The notes: generated by a model not told the origin, from the letters alone. Positions 1-10,682 are shown, numbered from the stretch's first letter. The stretch is 64,000 nt of DNA from Candidatus Woesearchaeota archaeon (GCA_965205335.1 OZ242164.1:96001-160000), one strand, 5' to 3'. Made by a program: numbers and translations.

Positions 1-334
1 GAACTGATTGGAGGAGCTAAAAAGCTTCATAAATTCCTACTAATCAGGATATTTCAGAGATAACCATTAACAGGTAGATAGGGCAGGAAGAGTATTATAT
101 AAATATTTAAGAGGTAAAATAAGAGGAAATCAGAAACATATTTTGAGAAGAATTATAAAAGTCCTTTTATCTCTAAACAATAATTATGAATATAATCGTA
201 ACTATAAGTATGTGATGATAACCTCTCTTAGTAATTTATGTAAATTTATAGAAAGAGAAAAAAGATTACTTTCAGATTATGAAGTTAAGAAAATTCTTAC
301 TTTACTGGGTTACTAATTTTCTAATAAATTTTCT

Positions 335-655
335 CATATTTATAATGTAAGTGACTTTAAATGAGAATAAAGAATTGTATATTTATAATGTAAGTGATTT
401 TAAATGAGAATAAAGAGTTGTATATTTATAATGTAAGTGATTTTAAATGAGAATAAAGAGTTGTATATTTATAATGTAAGTGATTTTAAATGAGAATAAA
501 GAGTTGTATATTTATAATGTAAGTGATTTTAAATGAGAATAAAGAGTTGTATATTTATAATGTGAGTGACTTTAAATGAAAATAAATATTGAAACAAAAA
601 AGTAAAGAATTGTATATTTATAATGTAAGTGATTTTAAATGAAAGTAAAGAGTCG
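335..655. repeat. 43-bp tandem repeat, ~7 copies (TATATTTATAATGTAAGTGATTTTAAATGAGAATAAAGAGTTG)
   Basis: Units start at 335, 378, 421, 464, 507, 550 and 613 (last one after a ~20-bp insertion); near-identical, no spacers. Confidence 0.95.
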
Positions 656-1122
656 TATAAAAATAAAAAACAAACCTTATATAAAAAAGTGCGTATAATA
701 TACATTATACGAACTTTTTGAGTGTGGACATGTTCTGAAATCGGGTTTCTAATGGGTTTAGGATCATCTCTTAAAAAAAGTGCTCTTTAAATGGCTCTAA
801 ATTTGATGAGGTTCTCAAAGTGCAAAATTTGAGCAGTATGTGGTTTCTACAACATTCAAGAGAGTATCAGTTAAGGAGATCGGTTGAAGATATGAAGATT
901 CTTCAGGATTTTGATGAATAGAAATTAAGAAATCAAATTTTGAAATTTAAATCTAAACTTGAACTCAAATTTAAACCTGAAAATATCATCAAAAAATATT
1001 TCTTTTGTAAATTTCCTGAAGAATTAAAAATTACTAAAAGGTTCAAAAAATTGAAATGTGTTAAAAGTGTGCATTAATTATCACATAGAAATTATACAAA
1101 AATTACAAATTATTAAAAATAT

Positions 1123-1380
1123 TTAGCAATACTAACATTATTCTATGATTTAATTATTATCAAAAGTAATTAGCAATAACAATAATATTCTATGAAGTAA
1201 TATTAACTAAAAATGGTTAGAAATGCTAACAATTTATTGTGATAACTATTTGCTTAAATATTGTTAGTAAAAATAATATTATTTCACAATAATTTCATAC
1301 TTAAATATTATTGGCAATACTCATAATTATTAGTAATTTGTGTTTGATTAAAACTTATTATCAATACTAATAATATTATG
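1123..1380. repeat. Degenerate array with exact 47-bp period
   Basis: TT(A/G)GCAATAC-like motif at 1123, 1170, 1217, 1264, 1311, 1358. Confidence 0.75.
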
Positions 1381-1464
1381 TAAAACAAGAAAATCATCAT
1401 ATTTCATTATCTTACATCTTTCCAATTTTCTGACCCATTTCAAATTGTATACAATCATATACAC

Positions 1465-1582
1465 TTGTAAATAAACTACAACGAATCCTATCATTTTAGG
1501 TGTTTTTTTGTTATTTATGCATATATAATTGTATATGTTTGTAAATAAACTACAACGAATCCTATCGTTTTAGGTGTTTTTT
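1465..1582. repeat. ~44-bp direct repeat x2 (TTGTAAATAAACTACAACGAATCCTATCRTTTTAGGTGTTTTTT)
   Basis: Copies at ~1465 and ~1539, immediately past the stop codon of the 1581..2300 gene. Confidence 0.9.
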
Positions 1583-2300
1583 AATTCTCCATTTGTATAT
1601 CATCATCACCTTGACTTGTTTGAATGTTGTCATCCTGGTCTCCTACTTTGGAGCTATCATCTAGTTCTTCTTCTTCAAAGTCCTCATCTATTTCATATTT
1701 GATGTCTTCATCTTGTTCTCCTACTTCGGTGCTATCATCTAGTTCTTCTTCTTCAAAGTCCTCATCCATTTCATATTTGATGTCTTCATCTTGTTCTCCT
1801 ACATTGGTGTTATCATCCAATTCTTCTACTTCGGTGCTATCATTATGTTCCGGCTGGTTACTAACATCTTGTTGTTCTAAATTCTTCCGAATTCGTTCCC
1901 TTTCATCTTTATCCACATGCGAATAACTTAGGTCCCAACTATCACAGAAATTCTTAACATCTTTTATATATTTAAATTTCAATTGAACAACTTTTTCTTT
2001 TTCTGCTACTGTTTTAGATTCTAATGATATTTTTTGTATATCATCTCTCAAATTCAAAAGATCACCTAATACTAAAGTAGGTAAATCATATTGATTTATC
2101 TCTTCCTTTACTTTTAGGTTAAACATCCTGATGTAACCCCTTGCAGTCTGAATGTTAACATCATAAGCCTCAGCAATATACTCAGATGATGTAACATTTT
2201 CCCCTGATTTCCATTTCAGAATCATATCATCAATAATGAAATCAGTCCTTGTGAGCTTTTTCTTATTATTTTTTCTATTAATTTTATCTGTCATTTTCAA
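1581..2300 (-). CDS. Hypothetical protein with N-terminal HTH-like motif and acidic 26-aa repeat tail
   Basis: SSEYIAEAYDVNIQTARGYI resembles an HTH; EELDD..VGEQDEDIKYE.DEDFEE repeated ~3x (78-bp unit). Confidence 0.7.
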   Translation of the reverse strand: MKMTDKINRKNNKKKLTRTDFIIDDMILKWKSGENVTSSEYIAEAYDVNIQTARGYIRMFNLKVKEEINQYDLPTLVLGDLLNLRDDIQKISLESKTVAEKEKVVQLKFKYIKDVKNFCDSWDLSYSHVDKDERERIRKNLEQQDVSNQPEHNDSTEVEELDDNTNVGEQDEDIKYEMDEDFEEEELDDSTEVGEQDEDIKYEIDEDFEEEELDDSSKVGDQDDNIQTSQGDDDIQMEN

Positions 2301-2349
2301 TTATAAAAAGTCACTATGACAGTAATCTGTCAGTGCTCACCCAGGACCC

Positions 2350-2378
2350 AAATTTTATCCTTTATAAAGATATTTATT
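2350..2378 (-). promoter_or_regulatory. TATA-box promoter block shared with 3371-3399
   Basis: AAATTTTATCCTTTATAAAGATATTTATT is identical upstream of the ORFs starting at 2300 and 3359. Confidence 0.7.
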
Positions 2379-2642
2379 GGTATTTATTTACAATATTCTA
2401 AAAATAAATATATAAAACATATATAATTATATATGAGTGTTTATAAAAAACCATATTTAATTCTTATTTATTTCAAGTGAATGTTAGTCTAAATAATCAA
2501 CTCTACAACACTTTTTCTTATATTATTCCTCCTCCCTTTATCCGATTCTCATTAAAGTTCTCAATTTTTTACCAGATTCACTTAAAACCTCTTTCTTCTT
2601 TGTCTACTATAATTCAATAGAAATTGAAATATTTATCAAAAA

Positions 2643-3002
2643 TTACTCTTTCGACATTTCAACGATTAAAGATAAGGTAGATTCATAGTTTCTAAAGTGT
2701 GCTTGTTGTAATTCAAAGTGAGTTTCTTTTACACTCTTTTTAATTCTAATTATCTGAATATCTAATTCACTTTCTAAATCAAGAAGTTTCATTTTATCCT
2801 TAATGAATCTTGTTGTTTTTAACATCTTTTTGATCTCTTTCTCCCAATGAAGACAACTTCTCAAGATAATATTATTTAATTCAGAACTAGAATATGAAAG
2901 ATTTTTATGATTTCTTACATCTTTTTTCCTTTTAGAAGTCTCTTTTTTTTCATCCTCAGAAGGATGCTTCTTCTTTTCTATATCATCATTTGTTTTTACC
3001 AT
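2643..3002 (-). CDS. Hypothetical protein, possible paralog of 3024..3359
   Basis: 119-aa ORF; HWEKEIKKMLK..IKDKMKLL resembles HYEK..EIREMFR..IKRKIELI. Confidence 0.6.
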   Translation of the reverse strand: MVKTNDDIEKKKHPSEDEKKETSKRKKDVRNHKNLSYSSSELNNIILRSCLHWEKEIKKMLKTTRFIKDKMKLLDLESELDIQIIRIKKSVKETHFELQQAHFRNYESTLSLIVEMSKE

Positions 3003-3023
3003 TGAAAGTTCACCTTTAGTATT

Positions 3024-3359
3024 TTATTTTAAATTAAGAGATTTCATATAACTCTCTTCCTGCATACATCTAATATTAAGAATTTGTTTGTCTCGATTCA
3101 AATCAAACTTAATTAATTCTATTTTTCTTTTAATGTTTTTCGAGTTTCTAAACATTTCTCTAATTTCTTTCTTCTTTTCAATACAACACTTCTCATAATG
3201 TGCAACTGATTTATCGAATTGTTCGCTGGAATTTAGAAACTTTTCTGTAGCAGTTATCATATCTTCAAAATCTTTTTTTCTATCTATAGTAGATATAACA
3301 TATTTTTTAAAATCCTCAAAAGATCTAGGATCTTGTTTTTTATTAATATTTTCTTCCAT
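3024..3359 (-). CDS. Hypothetical protein
   Basis: 111-aa ORF with TATA box ~25 nt upstream. Confidence 0.6.
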   Translation of the reverse strand: MEENINKKQDPRSFEDFKKYVISTIDRKKDFEDMITATEKFLNSSEQFDKSVAHYEKCCIEKKKEIREMFRNSKNIKRKIELIKFDLNRDKQILNIRCMQEESYMKSLNLK

Positions 3360-3745
3360 AATAATTTAGTAAATTTTATCCTTTATAAAGATATTTATTC
3401 TAAATGAAACTGAGAATCTATAAACGATTATAAACGATTATAAATAAATGTTTTTTAAAAAAAGGAAAATTAAAGGTTTATCTTGGATTTTAAACTCTAA
3501 ATTTGTTTTTTAGTTTTGTGCTTCAAGAGATTTTGTCAATTAGCTGATGATTTTTCCTTCCAATCAACCTTTCCATTATTTCCTCTAAATTAATCTCCTT
3601 TTGGTTCAATAATGATTTGATAAGTTAAATCATTTCATTAATTAAATTCTATATTCCTCCAATACTCTAAGTTATCACAATCATACTCTTCTTTGTTGTT
3701 TATCTTCCAATGAGGGTATGAAAAGTTAGCAATACTTCCAATTAT

Positions 3746-6298
3746 TTATAATTCTTCTATACTTTTAATCGCTTTAAAATCTCCAAAATTCCCATTTAAT
3801 CCTATTTCCTTAAAATGTTTTTCTCCACATTTTATTTTAAACTTCTCACTTTCTCTTAAATCTGTTTTTAAATTATTTACAAATTTAGTTTCTCTAACTA
3901 AATATAATTTTTCATTTTTGTTTTCATCATAACGAACAACAGCCCAATCAGGGTTATATGAACCAATAGGAGTTTTGATTTTAAACCAATTAGGAAGTTT
4001 TACAAATAATTTTACATATTTCCTCTTATCTAATTCCTGAGCAAATTTCTTTTCTCCATCACTATCAAAAATGATTTCTTCATATATTGAATCTTCTACT
4101 TTCAGAACATTATCCTCATAAGTTTCTATTTCTTTAAACAGTTCTTGTTGCCACATTTCATCTATTTTAACATACTTTAAACCTTCTTTTAAGAATTCTC
4201 TTAATGTAATTTCCAAAGTATCCATCAATTCTTTTAGATACATCTTAGGATTTTCAAAAATTAAATTTAAATTCTCTATTTGTGATAAAATTTTTATTAA
4301 GATTTTTTTATTTATTTTAACTTCTTCAGTAATTTCTTTCAAGATGTTTTTAATTCGAAAACCACTATTGTAATCTACATGGCTTTTCATACTTATATTT
4401 TCACCATCTAATTTCCCTTTCTTAAATTCTAATTCTACTCTACTGAGGCTTAACTTAGTTTTTTCAACCTTTGATATTTTATTTATCAGTTCAACAGATT
4501 TATTAATAAATTTTTGTTCATCAATTTCAATTCTATATTTAGTTTTCTTATTTATTTTCTCCCATATCTCTTTAAAATTCTCATCTAACTGAAAACCTTT
4601 TTTTAATTTTATTACTTTTCTTTTTCTTGCGTTTTTTACTGGAACAGACAAGACATTTCCTAATTCATCAATGTACTCTGTCTGTAATCTTTCAACATAA
4701 GATTTGTAACTTTCATTTGCTATTACTGTTAAAGGTTTTAAACTCTCTAACCTCTCTCCATCCTGATTTAAGGGCAATCTTAGTCCTCTACCAATTTCCT
4801 GTCTCTTTTTTAGATTTGATTGAGTTTCATTTAGTGTGCAAATGTTAAAAACATTAGGATTATCCCATCCTTCCCTTAAAGCACTATGAGAGAAAATAAA
4901 CTGTGTTTTCTCGTCAAACGATAATAACCTTTCCTTATCTTTCATAATTAAGTCAAATACTTCTTTATCGTTCTCCATATTTCTTTTTTTTTGGGAAAAA
5001 TAACCATTATGAACATCTTTAGCATCCAAATCCTTATACTCCTCTTTATCTTGTTTTATAATATTAAACTCTTCTTCAAAAATTTTCCTAATAACTCCTT
5101 CTTCATCTTGATAGTTATCAACCTTATCAATAAAGAATAATGATATAACTTTTACATTAGTTTCTTTCAACTCTTTCTGCTTTTTAATATGTTCTCTAAT
5201 TGTTTGTTTTATTTGTTCCCTAAATATTATTTTTTTATTTTTTCCAGTGTCTTCGCCTGATTTTATCTTCTTTTGATTTGATAATCTGATAAAACCATCT
5301 CTAAAATCAATTTCAATTATTTTTAAATCTTTATAATCTTGATTATTCGTTTTTTTAAATAAGTCATCACCATCTTTACAAGTAATTTTTTTCATTTTAT
5401 ACTCTCTATTTGATAATTTAACATTAACTTCTAATTTTACTTTAATTCCTTTCTTATCTGATTTTATTTCATCAACTTTAATATGATAATCATTAACATT
5501 TTCATCTACAACTGATAAAACTTCAATTTTCTTAACCAATCCCATATCATAAGCTTCAATTGGTGTTAATCTGTAAATTAAATTATAATATTCTTTATGT
5601 GTTGCTGAATATCTTAGACTAAAAAGAGGATTTAATTCTTTTATTGCCTGTTTTGATTTTTCACTCTCCATATTTTGAGGTTCATCTAAGATTAAAATTG
5701 GGTTTGTTTTCTTAATTAAATCAATTGGTTTTTTCCCTTGAAGTTTGTCTAATTCATCATAAACTTTATTTATATCCTTCTTGTTAAAACTATCTAATGT
5801 CATTATCATAATTTCAATATTTCTATTTTGTGAAAATTGTCGTACCTGATTAAGATTTTTTGAGTTATATTCATAATAATTATAACTTACATTATCATAG
5901 ATCTCTTTAAAGTGTTCTTTTGTTTGTATTATTGTTTTTATAACTCCTTCTTTTATTGCTATGCTTGGAACAATTATTATAAACTTTGTAAATCCCAATT
6001 TTTTATTTAATTCAAATATTGTTCTCATATACACATAGGTTTTACCTGTCCCTGTTTCCATTTCAACGGAAAAGTCTTTTAATTCCAAATTCTCAATTTG
6101 TTCTATGTTGTTTTCTTTTTTTATTTGTTTTAGATTCTCTAAAATTTGAACATTATTTAAACTTAAATTATTGCCAATTATTCCAAATTCTGTTACAAAA
6201 TCTTCCTTTTTAATATACTCCTGACCTTTAAAGATTTGAATTGCACTATTAACTGCCTTTAATTGATGATCTAAACTTGGATTGAATTTGAACTTCAT
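3746..6298 (-). CDS. res: Type III restriction enzyme Res subunit
   Basis: METGTGKT, ILDEPQN, LREGWDNPNVF, QEIGRGLR, C-terminal YNPDWA..VRETK nuclease; directly follows mod. Confidence 0.95.
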   Translation of the reverse strand: MKFKFNPSLDHQLKAVNSAIQIFKGQEYIKKEDFVTEFGIIGNNLSLNNVQILENLKQIKKENNIEQIENLELKDFSVEMETGTGKTYVYMRTIFELNKKLGFTKFIIIVPSIAIKEGVIKTIIQTKEHFKEIYDNVSYNYYEYNSKNLNQVRQFSQNRNIEIMIMTLDSFNKKDINKVYDELDKLQGKKPIDLIKKTNPILILDEPQNMESEKSKQAIKELNPLFSLRYSATHKEYYNLIYRLTPIEAYDMGLVKKIEVLSVVDENVNDYHIKVDEIKSDKKGIKVKLEVNVKLSNREYKMKKITCKDGDDLFKKTNNQDYKDLKIIEIDFRDGFIRLSNQKKIKSGEDTGKNKKIIFREQIKQTIREHIKKQKELKETNVKVISLFFIDKVDNYQDEEGVIRKIFEEEFNIIKQDKEEYKDLDAKDVHNGYFSQKKRNMENDKEVFDLIMKDKERLLSFDEKTQFIFSHSALREGWDNPNVFNICTLNETQSNLKKRQEIGRGLRLPLNQDGERLESLKPLTVIANESYKSYVERLQTEYIDELGNVLSVPVKNARKRKVIKLKKGFQLDENFKEIWEKINKKTKYRIEIDEQKFINKSVELINKISKVEKTKLSLSRVELEFKKGKLDGENISMKSHVDYNSGFRIKNILKEITEEVKINKKILIKILSQIENLNLIFENPKMYLKELMDTLEITLREFLKEGLKYVKIDEMWQQELFKEIETYEDNVLKVEDSIYEEIIFDSDGEKKFAQELDKRKYVKLFVKLPNWFKIKTPIGSYNPDWAVVRYDENKNEKLYLVRETKFVNNLKTDLRESEKFKIKCGEKHFKEIGLNGNFGDFKAIKSIEEL

Positions 6299-6301
6299 TT
6301 T

Positions 6302-8233
6302 TCAAATCACTTTTAAAGTTAAAGTCTCGTCTAGATTTAATTTATTTGAAGTTGTTAAACTCTCATCTAAGCAAATAAATAAGTTATCTTTTCCCAAATT
6401 TAAATTTTCAATGTTTTCTTCTTTAATTTCTTTATCTAAACATAATATAAAAAATCTTTCTTCATCACTAACTTTTAAAAAAGTATTTTCTTTGATTTTT
6501 ATTTCTTCTATTCTGCAGTTTAAATCGTAACCTTCCTTAAGAATTGCTTCATTTAAAACGTCATCTAATTCCCAATTGTCAATTAAGGAATTCTCAAATA
6601 GTTTTATCAGGGATTTTAATTTTTGTTCTCTTTGCTCATCTTCACTGTCAATATCCTCCCATATTTTATAATTAGATTTATTTAATTCAAAGACCTTAAA
6701 TCCTAAATCTATTTTATCATAATTTTCTTTCTTTTCTTCTTTTATCTTTTTAATTACTCTTCTTATTCTTTCCTTTGTTATTTGTGATATTGTTTTATAA
6801 CCTTTTTTATATGCTTGTGAGTTTTCATCTGTTTTCTCATCTAATTGGACTAATATATACTTTCTATTTCTATTATCTTTTAGATTTTGTTCCATTACTG
6901 CTTGACATGTAGTTCCACTTCCTGCAAAAAAATCTAAAATTATATCGTTTTTATCTGTTGATATTTGCATTAAGTGTTGAATCAGTTGATATGGTTTTGA
7001 GTATCCAAAAATATTTTCTCCAAAAATATTTTTTAATTCATTTGTGGAAGATGCGGTTTTTACATTATCAATTATCCCTCTTGGTCTGAATGTTCTTTCT
7101 ATAATCTCATCATTATTATCAACGTTTCTGTATTGTTTATATTTTACTGACCATTTATTATCTTTATTTTTCTTTTTTATTATAAATCCATTTTTGATTC
7201 CCCATTCAACTTTCTTTTTTGACCATAACCATGTCTTTATTTTTTTTTCATCTTCATTTGCTTTTACGGAGACACCATCTGGAAAATTAATTGCGTAATT
7301 TAATGAATCTCCATATCTTCTACTTCCTGTTAATAATTCTCTTAGATAATATTTCCCGCGTCTACTTTTATATTCATCTGATAAGGTATAAGTCTTTTCA
7401 TTAGTAATTTCTAATCCTTTAATTTTACACAACTTGTTATTCTTAGCATATGATAAAATATATTCATGTTCAATTGAAAAATGTCTGCTATCATTACCTC
7501 CACCCCCAATAGATTTCCATACTAATTTTGCTATGAAATTCTCTTCTCCAAAGATTTCATTACAAATCATTCTTAGATTATGCACTTCATTATCATCAAT
7601 ACTAATAAAAATAATTCCATCATCTTTCAACAAATTTCTTGCAAGTTCTAATCTTGGACACATCATAGTAAGCCAATCACTATGATACCTTCCGTTTGTT
7701 TCAGTGTTAGTTGTCATTTTCACACCATCCTTGTTCTGTCCTGTCTGCTCTAAATAATTTCTTGAATTATCTCTAAAGTTATCCTTGTATATAAAATCAC
7801 TCCCAGTATTATAAGGAGGGTCAATATATATCATTTTAATTTTATTAAAATATGATTTTTGCAGTAACTTTAAAACCTCCAAATTATCACCTTCAATAAA
7901 AATACTTTCCGTTGTGTCAAAATTAATGCTTTCTTTTTTATTTGGATTTAAGGTTAAATTCGTTGGAGTCTGTAAGATTTTATATACATTATCTTTCCCA
8001 TTCCAATTAAACTCATATTTTCCATTTGATTCTTCTTCAATTACACTAAAAACCTTTTTTGCCCTTTCTATATCAAAATTTCCTTTTTCATCAAAGATAT
8101 TAGGAAATAACTCTTTTAATTTTTTCTTATTTTCCTCAAATAAGTTTAAACTTTGTTTCTCAACTTTATTAATAATACCCTGTTGCCTAAGTGGAGGATG
8201 TGATATATTGGTTGTTAATTCTTTCTTCGCCAT
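6302..8233 (-). CDS. mod: Type III R-M adenine methyltransferase Mod
   Basis: IEGDNLEVLK, YIDPPYNTG, LDFFAGSGTT. Confidence 0.95.
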   Translation of the reverse strand: MAKKELTTNISHPPLRQQGIINKVEKQSLNLFEENKKKLKELFPNIFDEKGNFDIERAKKVFSVIEEESNGKYEFNWNGKDNVYKILQTPTNLTLNPNKKESINFDTTESIFIEGDNLEVLKLLQKSYFNKIKMIYIDPPYNTGSDFIYKDNFRDNSRNYLEQTGQNKDGVKMTTNTETNGRYHSDWLTMMCPRLELARNLLKDDGIIFISIDDNEVHNLRMICNEIFGEENFIAKLVWKSIGGGGNDSRHFSIEHEYILSYAKNNKLCKIKGLEITNEKTYTLSDEYKSRRGKYYLRELLTGSRRYGDSLNYAINFPDGVSVKANEDEKKIKTWLWSKKKVEWGIKNGFIIKKKNKDNKWSVKYKQYRNVDNNDEIIERTFRPRGIIDNVKTASSTNELKNIFGENIFGYSKPYQLIQHLMQISTDKNDIILDFFAGSGTTCQAVMEQNLKDNRNRKYILVQLDEKTDENSQAYKKGYKTISQITKERIRRVIKKIKEEKKENYDKIDLGFKVFELNKSNYKIWEDIDSEDEQREQKLKSLIKLFENSLIDNWELDDVLNEAILKEGYDLNCRIEEIKIKENTFLKVSDEERFFILCLDKEIKEENIENLNLGKDNLFICLDESLTTSNKLNLDETLTLKVI

Positions 8234-8307
8234 CTTTAATTTCAGAAATACCGCCCTATATATAGGGCTCCATATTTATTTATAAATATAACCCCAAAAT
8301 TTGTGCG

Positions 8308-8547
8308 ATGTTGGATGAAGAAGTTTATAAGAGAATCAAAGTTCTATCTAATGAAAAAAGATTTAAGATTCTTCAATTGGTTTCAGAAAGAGAATATACA
8401 ATTACTGAATTAAGTTCCAAGTTAGAATTGACTTATAATAAAAGTAGGGATTATGTAACTATAATGCACTCTCTAGGTCTTGTGACTAAAGTAAAGAAAG
8501 GCAGAAATGTTTTAGTTTCTACAAAAGTAAAGATTGTTATTTCTTAG
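8308..8547 (+). CDS. ArsR-family winged-HTH regulator, divergent from mod
   Basis: KVLSNEKRFKILQL..TITELS..GLVTKVKKGR. Confidence 0.8.
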   Translation: MLDEEVYKRIKVLSNEKRFKILQLVSEREYTITELSSKLELTYNKSRDYVTIMHSLGLVTKVKKGRNVLVSTKVKIVIS

Positions 8548-8583
8548 TATTCAAAAATATTTTTTATAATAAAAATTTATGAT

Positions 8584-10068
8584 TTATTCGTATATTTTTC
8601 TGAGTTTCTCCTTAATATTATTACAAATTTCAAAATTATCTTTTGTTATTTCTTGATATATTTTAAAAGGCTTATTATTTGAGCCTTCATCTATCTCTAA
8701 TTCATCAGCTAGATTATTCTCTAATATAATGCTATAACCTAAGTTTTCATCTATTTTATTTTCTATTTCTGGAAAATCTTTCTCTCCGTCAGAATCATAT
8801 ACTGAAACATATTTGATTTTGAAGGCATTTAGGAATCCTATATAAGCAACTTGATTTTGCTTATTTTCACAATTTATTATTGAATAAGAGAACTTAAAGT
8901 AACTTGGCAGAAATTCATTAATTAATATTGGGATAGCAATTTTTTCAGATGGACCTTCAACTAAGATAACTTTATCAGCGAAGAAAACTTCATTTCTTTC
9001 AGGGTTTAACCAAAAAGTTAGATTTAGATTTCTGACTTTTTCTTGTCTTAATCTATCATCTCCTTCAAATTCAAATAAATCGTCTTTAATCTGCAGTATA
9101 TTAGTATTATTACTTTTTTTCTCTAACTTTATTATTGATTTGTAATCTCTTAGTTCCAGAAAGTAACCAGAGTGTGTTGTTAGAAAAATTGTATTTCCTC
9201 CTTCTGCCAGAGTTTTTAATATAGAGTAAAGTTCCCTTTGCATTTGTGGGTGTAGATAGATTTCAGGTTCTTCAAATAATAATATAAATTTCTTGTTATT
9301 ATTTTTTAATTTATTGAAAACTTTTAATAAAACAAATAAGAAATTCCTTTGAAAACCCATTCCTTTATTTTCTAAATCTGTCTCAGTTCCATCATCAAAT
9401 ATATAATTAGTATTTAATTTTATTATTTCTCTAAAATCTGGAAAATTAAACTCAAAATCAAATCTACAATCCCAATTAGATAACTCCTCTTCAATATTTT
9501 CTTTTAATTCCTTGATTTTATCAAAATAATATTCTCCATTTCCATCTTTGTTCATTTTATCTTTAATTAAAGTAAAATTGTCATTAATATTTCTGAATTC
9601 TTCTTCATCTTGCAAATTTGAAAATAGGTTATCAATTACTTTATTTAAAAAGTTACTCTTATTTTTTGGTGAAATTTCTTCATTAGAGTCTTTTAATAGG
9701 GCAGGTATGTAGTAAATCTCATCAGTTATTGGTTCTTTAAAGACTTTACTTCTTCCATCATAATTAGGATATTTGTTATATATTTCTCCTTCCTTTCTCT
9801 CAACTTTAACTTCTTCTTTTGAGAAACTTTTTTTAATTATTTCCTTCCCTTCTCCATCCTCAAATTCAATCTCAATAAATCCTTCTTCTCCTCCTTTTCT
9901 TATATAACTTTCATCAAATTTTATTTTGTTGAAGAAAAATAGAAGAGCAGTCAAAATATTTGTTTTCCCAAAACTATTTTTACCAACCAAAATATTTAAA
10001 TTATTTATTTTTAATTCTATATCCTTTATAGATTTCCAGTTATATATTTTTATTTTCACGGGTTTCAT
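8584..10068 (-). CDS. OLD-family ATP-dependent endonuclease (ABC ATPase + TOPRIM)
   Basis: GKNSFGKT, FEEPEIYLHP, TTHS, VILVEGPSE, VYDSD. Confidence 0.9.
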   Translation of the reverse strand: MKPVKIKIYNWKSIKDIELKINNLNILVGKNSFGKTNILTALLFFFNKIKFDESYIRKGGEEGFIEIEFEDGEGKEIIKKSFSKEEVKVERKEGEIYNKYPNYDGRSKVFKEPITDEIYYIPALLKDSNEEISPKNKSNFLNKVIDNLFSNLQDEEEFRNINDNFTLIKDKMNKDGNGEYYFDKIKELKENIEEELSNWDCRFDFEFNFPDFREIIKLNTNYIFDDGTETDLENKGMGFQRNFLFVLLKVFNKLKNNNKKFILLFEEPEIYLHPQMQRELYSILKTLAEGGNTIFLTTHSGYFLELRDYKSIIKLEKKSNNTNILQIKDDLFEFEGDDRLRQEKVRNLNLTFWLNPERNEVFFADKVILVEGPSEKIAIPILINEFLPSYFKFSYSIINCENKQNQVAYIGFLNAFKIKYVSVYDSDGEKDFPEIENKIDENLGYSIILENNLADELEIDEGSNNKPFKIYQEITKDNFEICNNIKEKLRKIYE

Positions 10069-10071
10069 TGT

Positions 10072-10284
10072 TCAATTTATTTTTTCATAGTGAAAGTTCT
10101 TAGTCAAATATTTTTGAACAAAACTTCCTAATGAATCTGAACTTCTAAATCTTTCATAAGTTATTTTATCAACTCCAAAATATTGATAAATACTCCCCCC
10201 TTTAAACTCAATCTCTAAAATCTCATCTTCTTTATTATAGCCGACTGAAACTAAATTACTTGACTCAACTTCTTCTCTTTCCAT
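10072..10284 (-). CDS. KTSC domain protein
   Basis: VESSNLVSVGY..LEIEFKGGSIYQY..SLGSF. Confidence 0.9.
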   Translation of the reverse strand: MEREEVESSNLVSVGYNKEDEILEIEFKGGSIYQYFGVDKITYERFRSSDSLGSFVQKYLTKNFHYEKIN

Positions 10285-10498
10285 AATAAGAGAATTTATT
10301 ACTTTCTTTTAAATATTCCTATATTTCACAAAACTCGCCTAATTCAATTTTTTCAATATAATCCTTATCAGTTAATTTTATTTTAAATTTATAGAAATTC
10401 CTCCTATAAATGTAATTATAATTACAATAATTCCCAATATCGTCCAAAAAGGAGGTAAGCCCATGTAATCTTTAATTCAAGGCATTATATAAATTTTT

Positions 10499-10548
10499 GG
10501 ACAAATGTTAGTTATTTTACCTAATTCCTATAGATACTATTGAGAAAA
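10499..10548 (+). repeat. ~50-bp dispersed repeat fused to a MITE/IS end (also ~28542-28591, ~53498-53547)
   Basis: GGACAAATGTTAGTTATTTTACCTAATTCCTATAGATACTATTGAGAAAA, three copies. Confidence 0.85.
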
Positions 10549-10682
10549 TATTTGGGAATTATGATTTTATTAATAAAGGTTGGGAGGCTTTGAATTATTC
10601 TCTTATAGTAAAACTTAAGTTTATTAATAATAAAAAATTTCTAACAATAATATTTATAAAAAAATTATAATCTTATTTATAG

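Noticed and set aside
2-316. Coding-like frame at the window start
   Set aside because: Several in-frame stops and no recognisable motif; cannot be assigned.
335-655. CRISPR array
   Set aside because: Units are contiguous and near-identical with no unique spacers; no cas genes in the window.
1624-1926. Ser-rich ORF and the many other short antisense ORFs in the track
   Set aside because: They are shadows of longer genes on the opposite strand with no motifs of their own.
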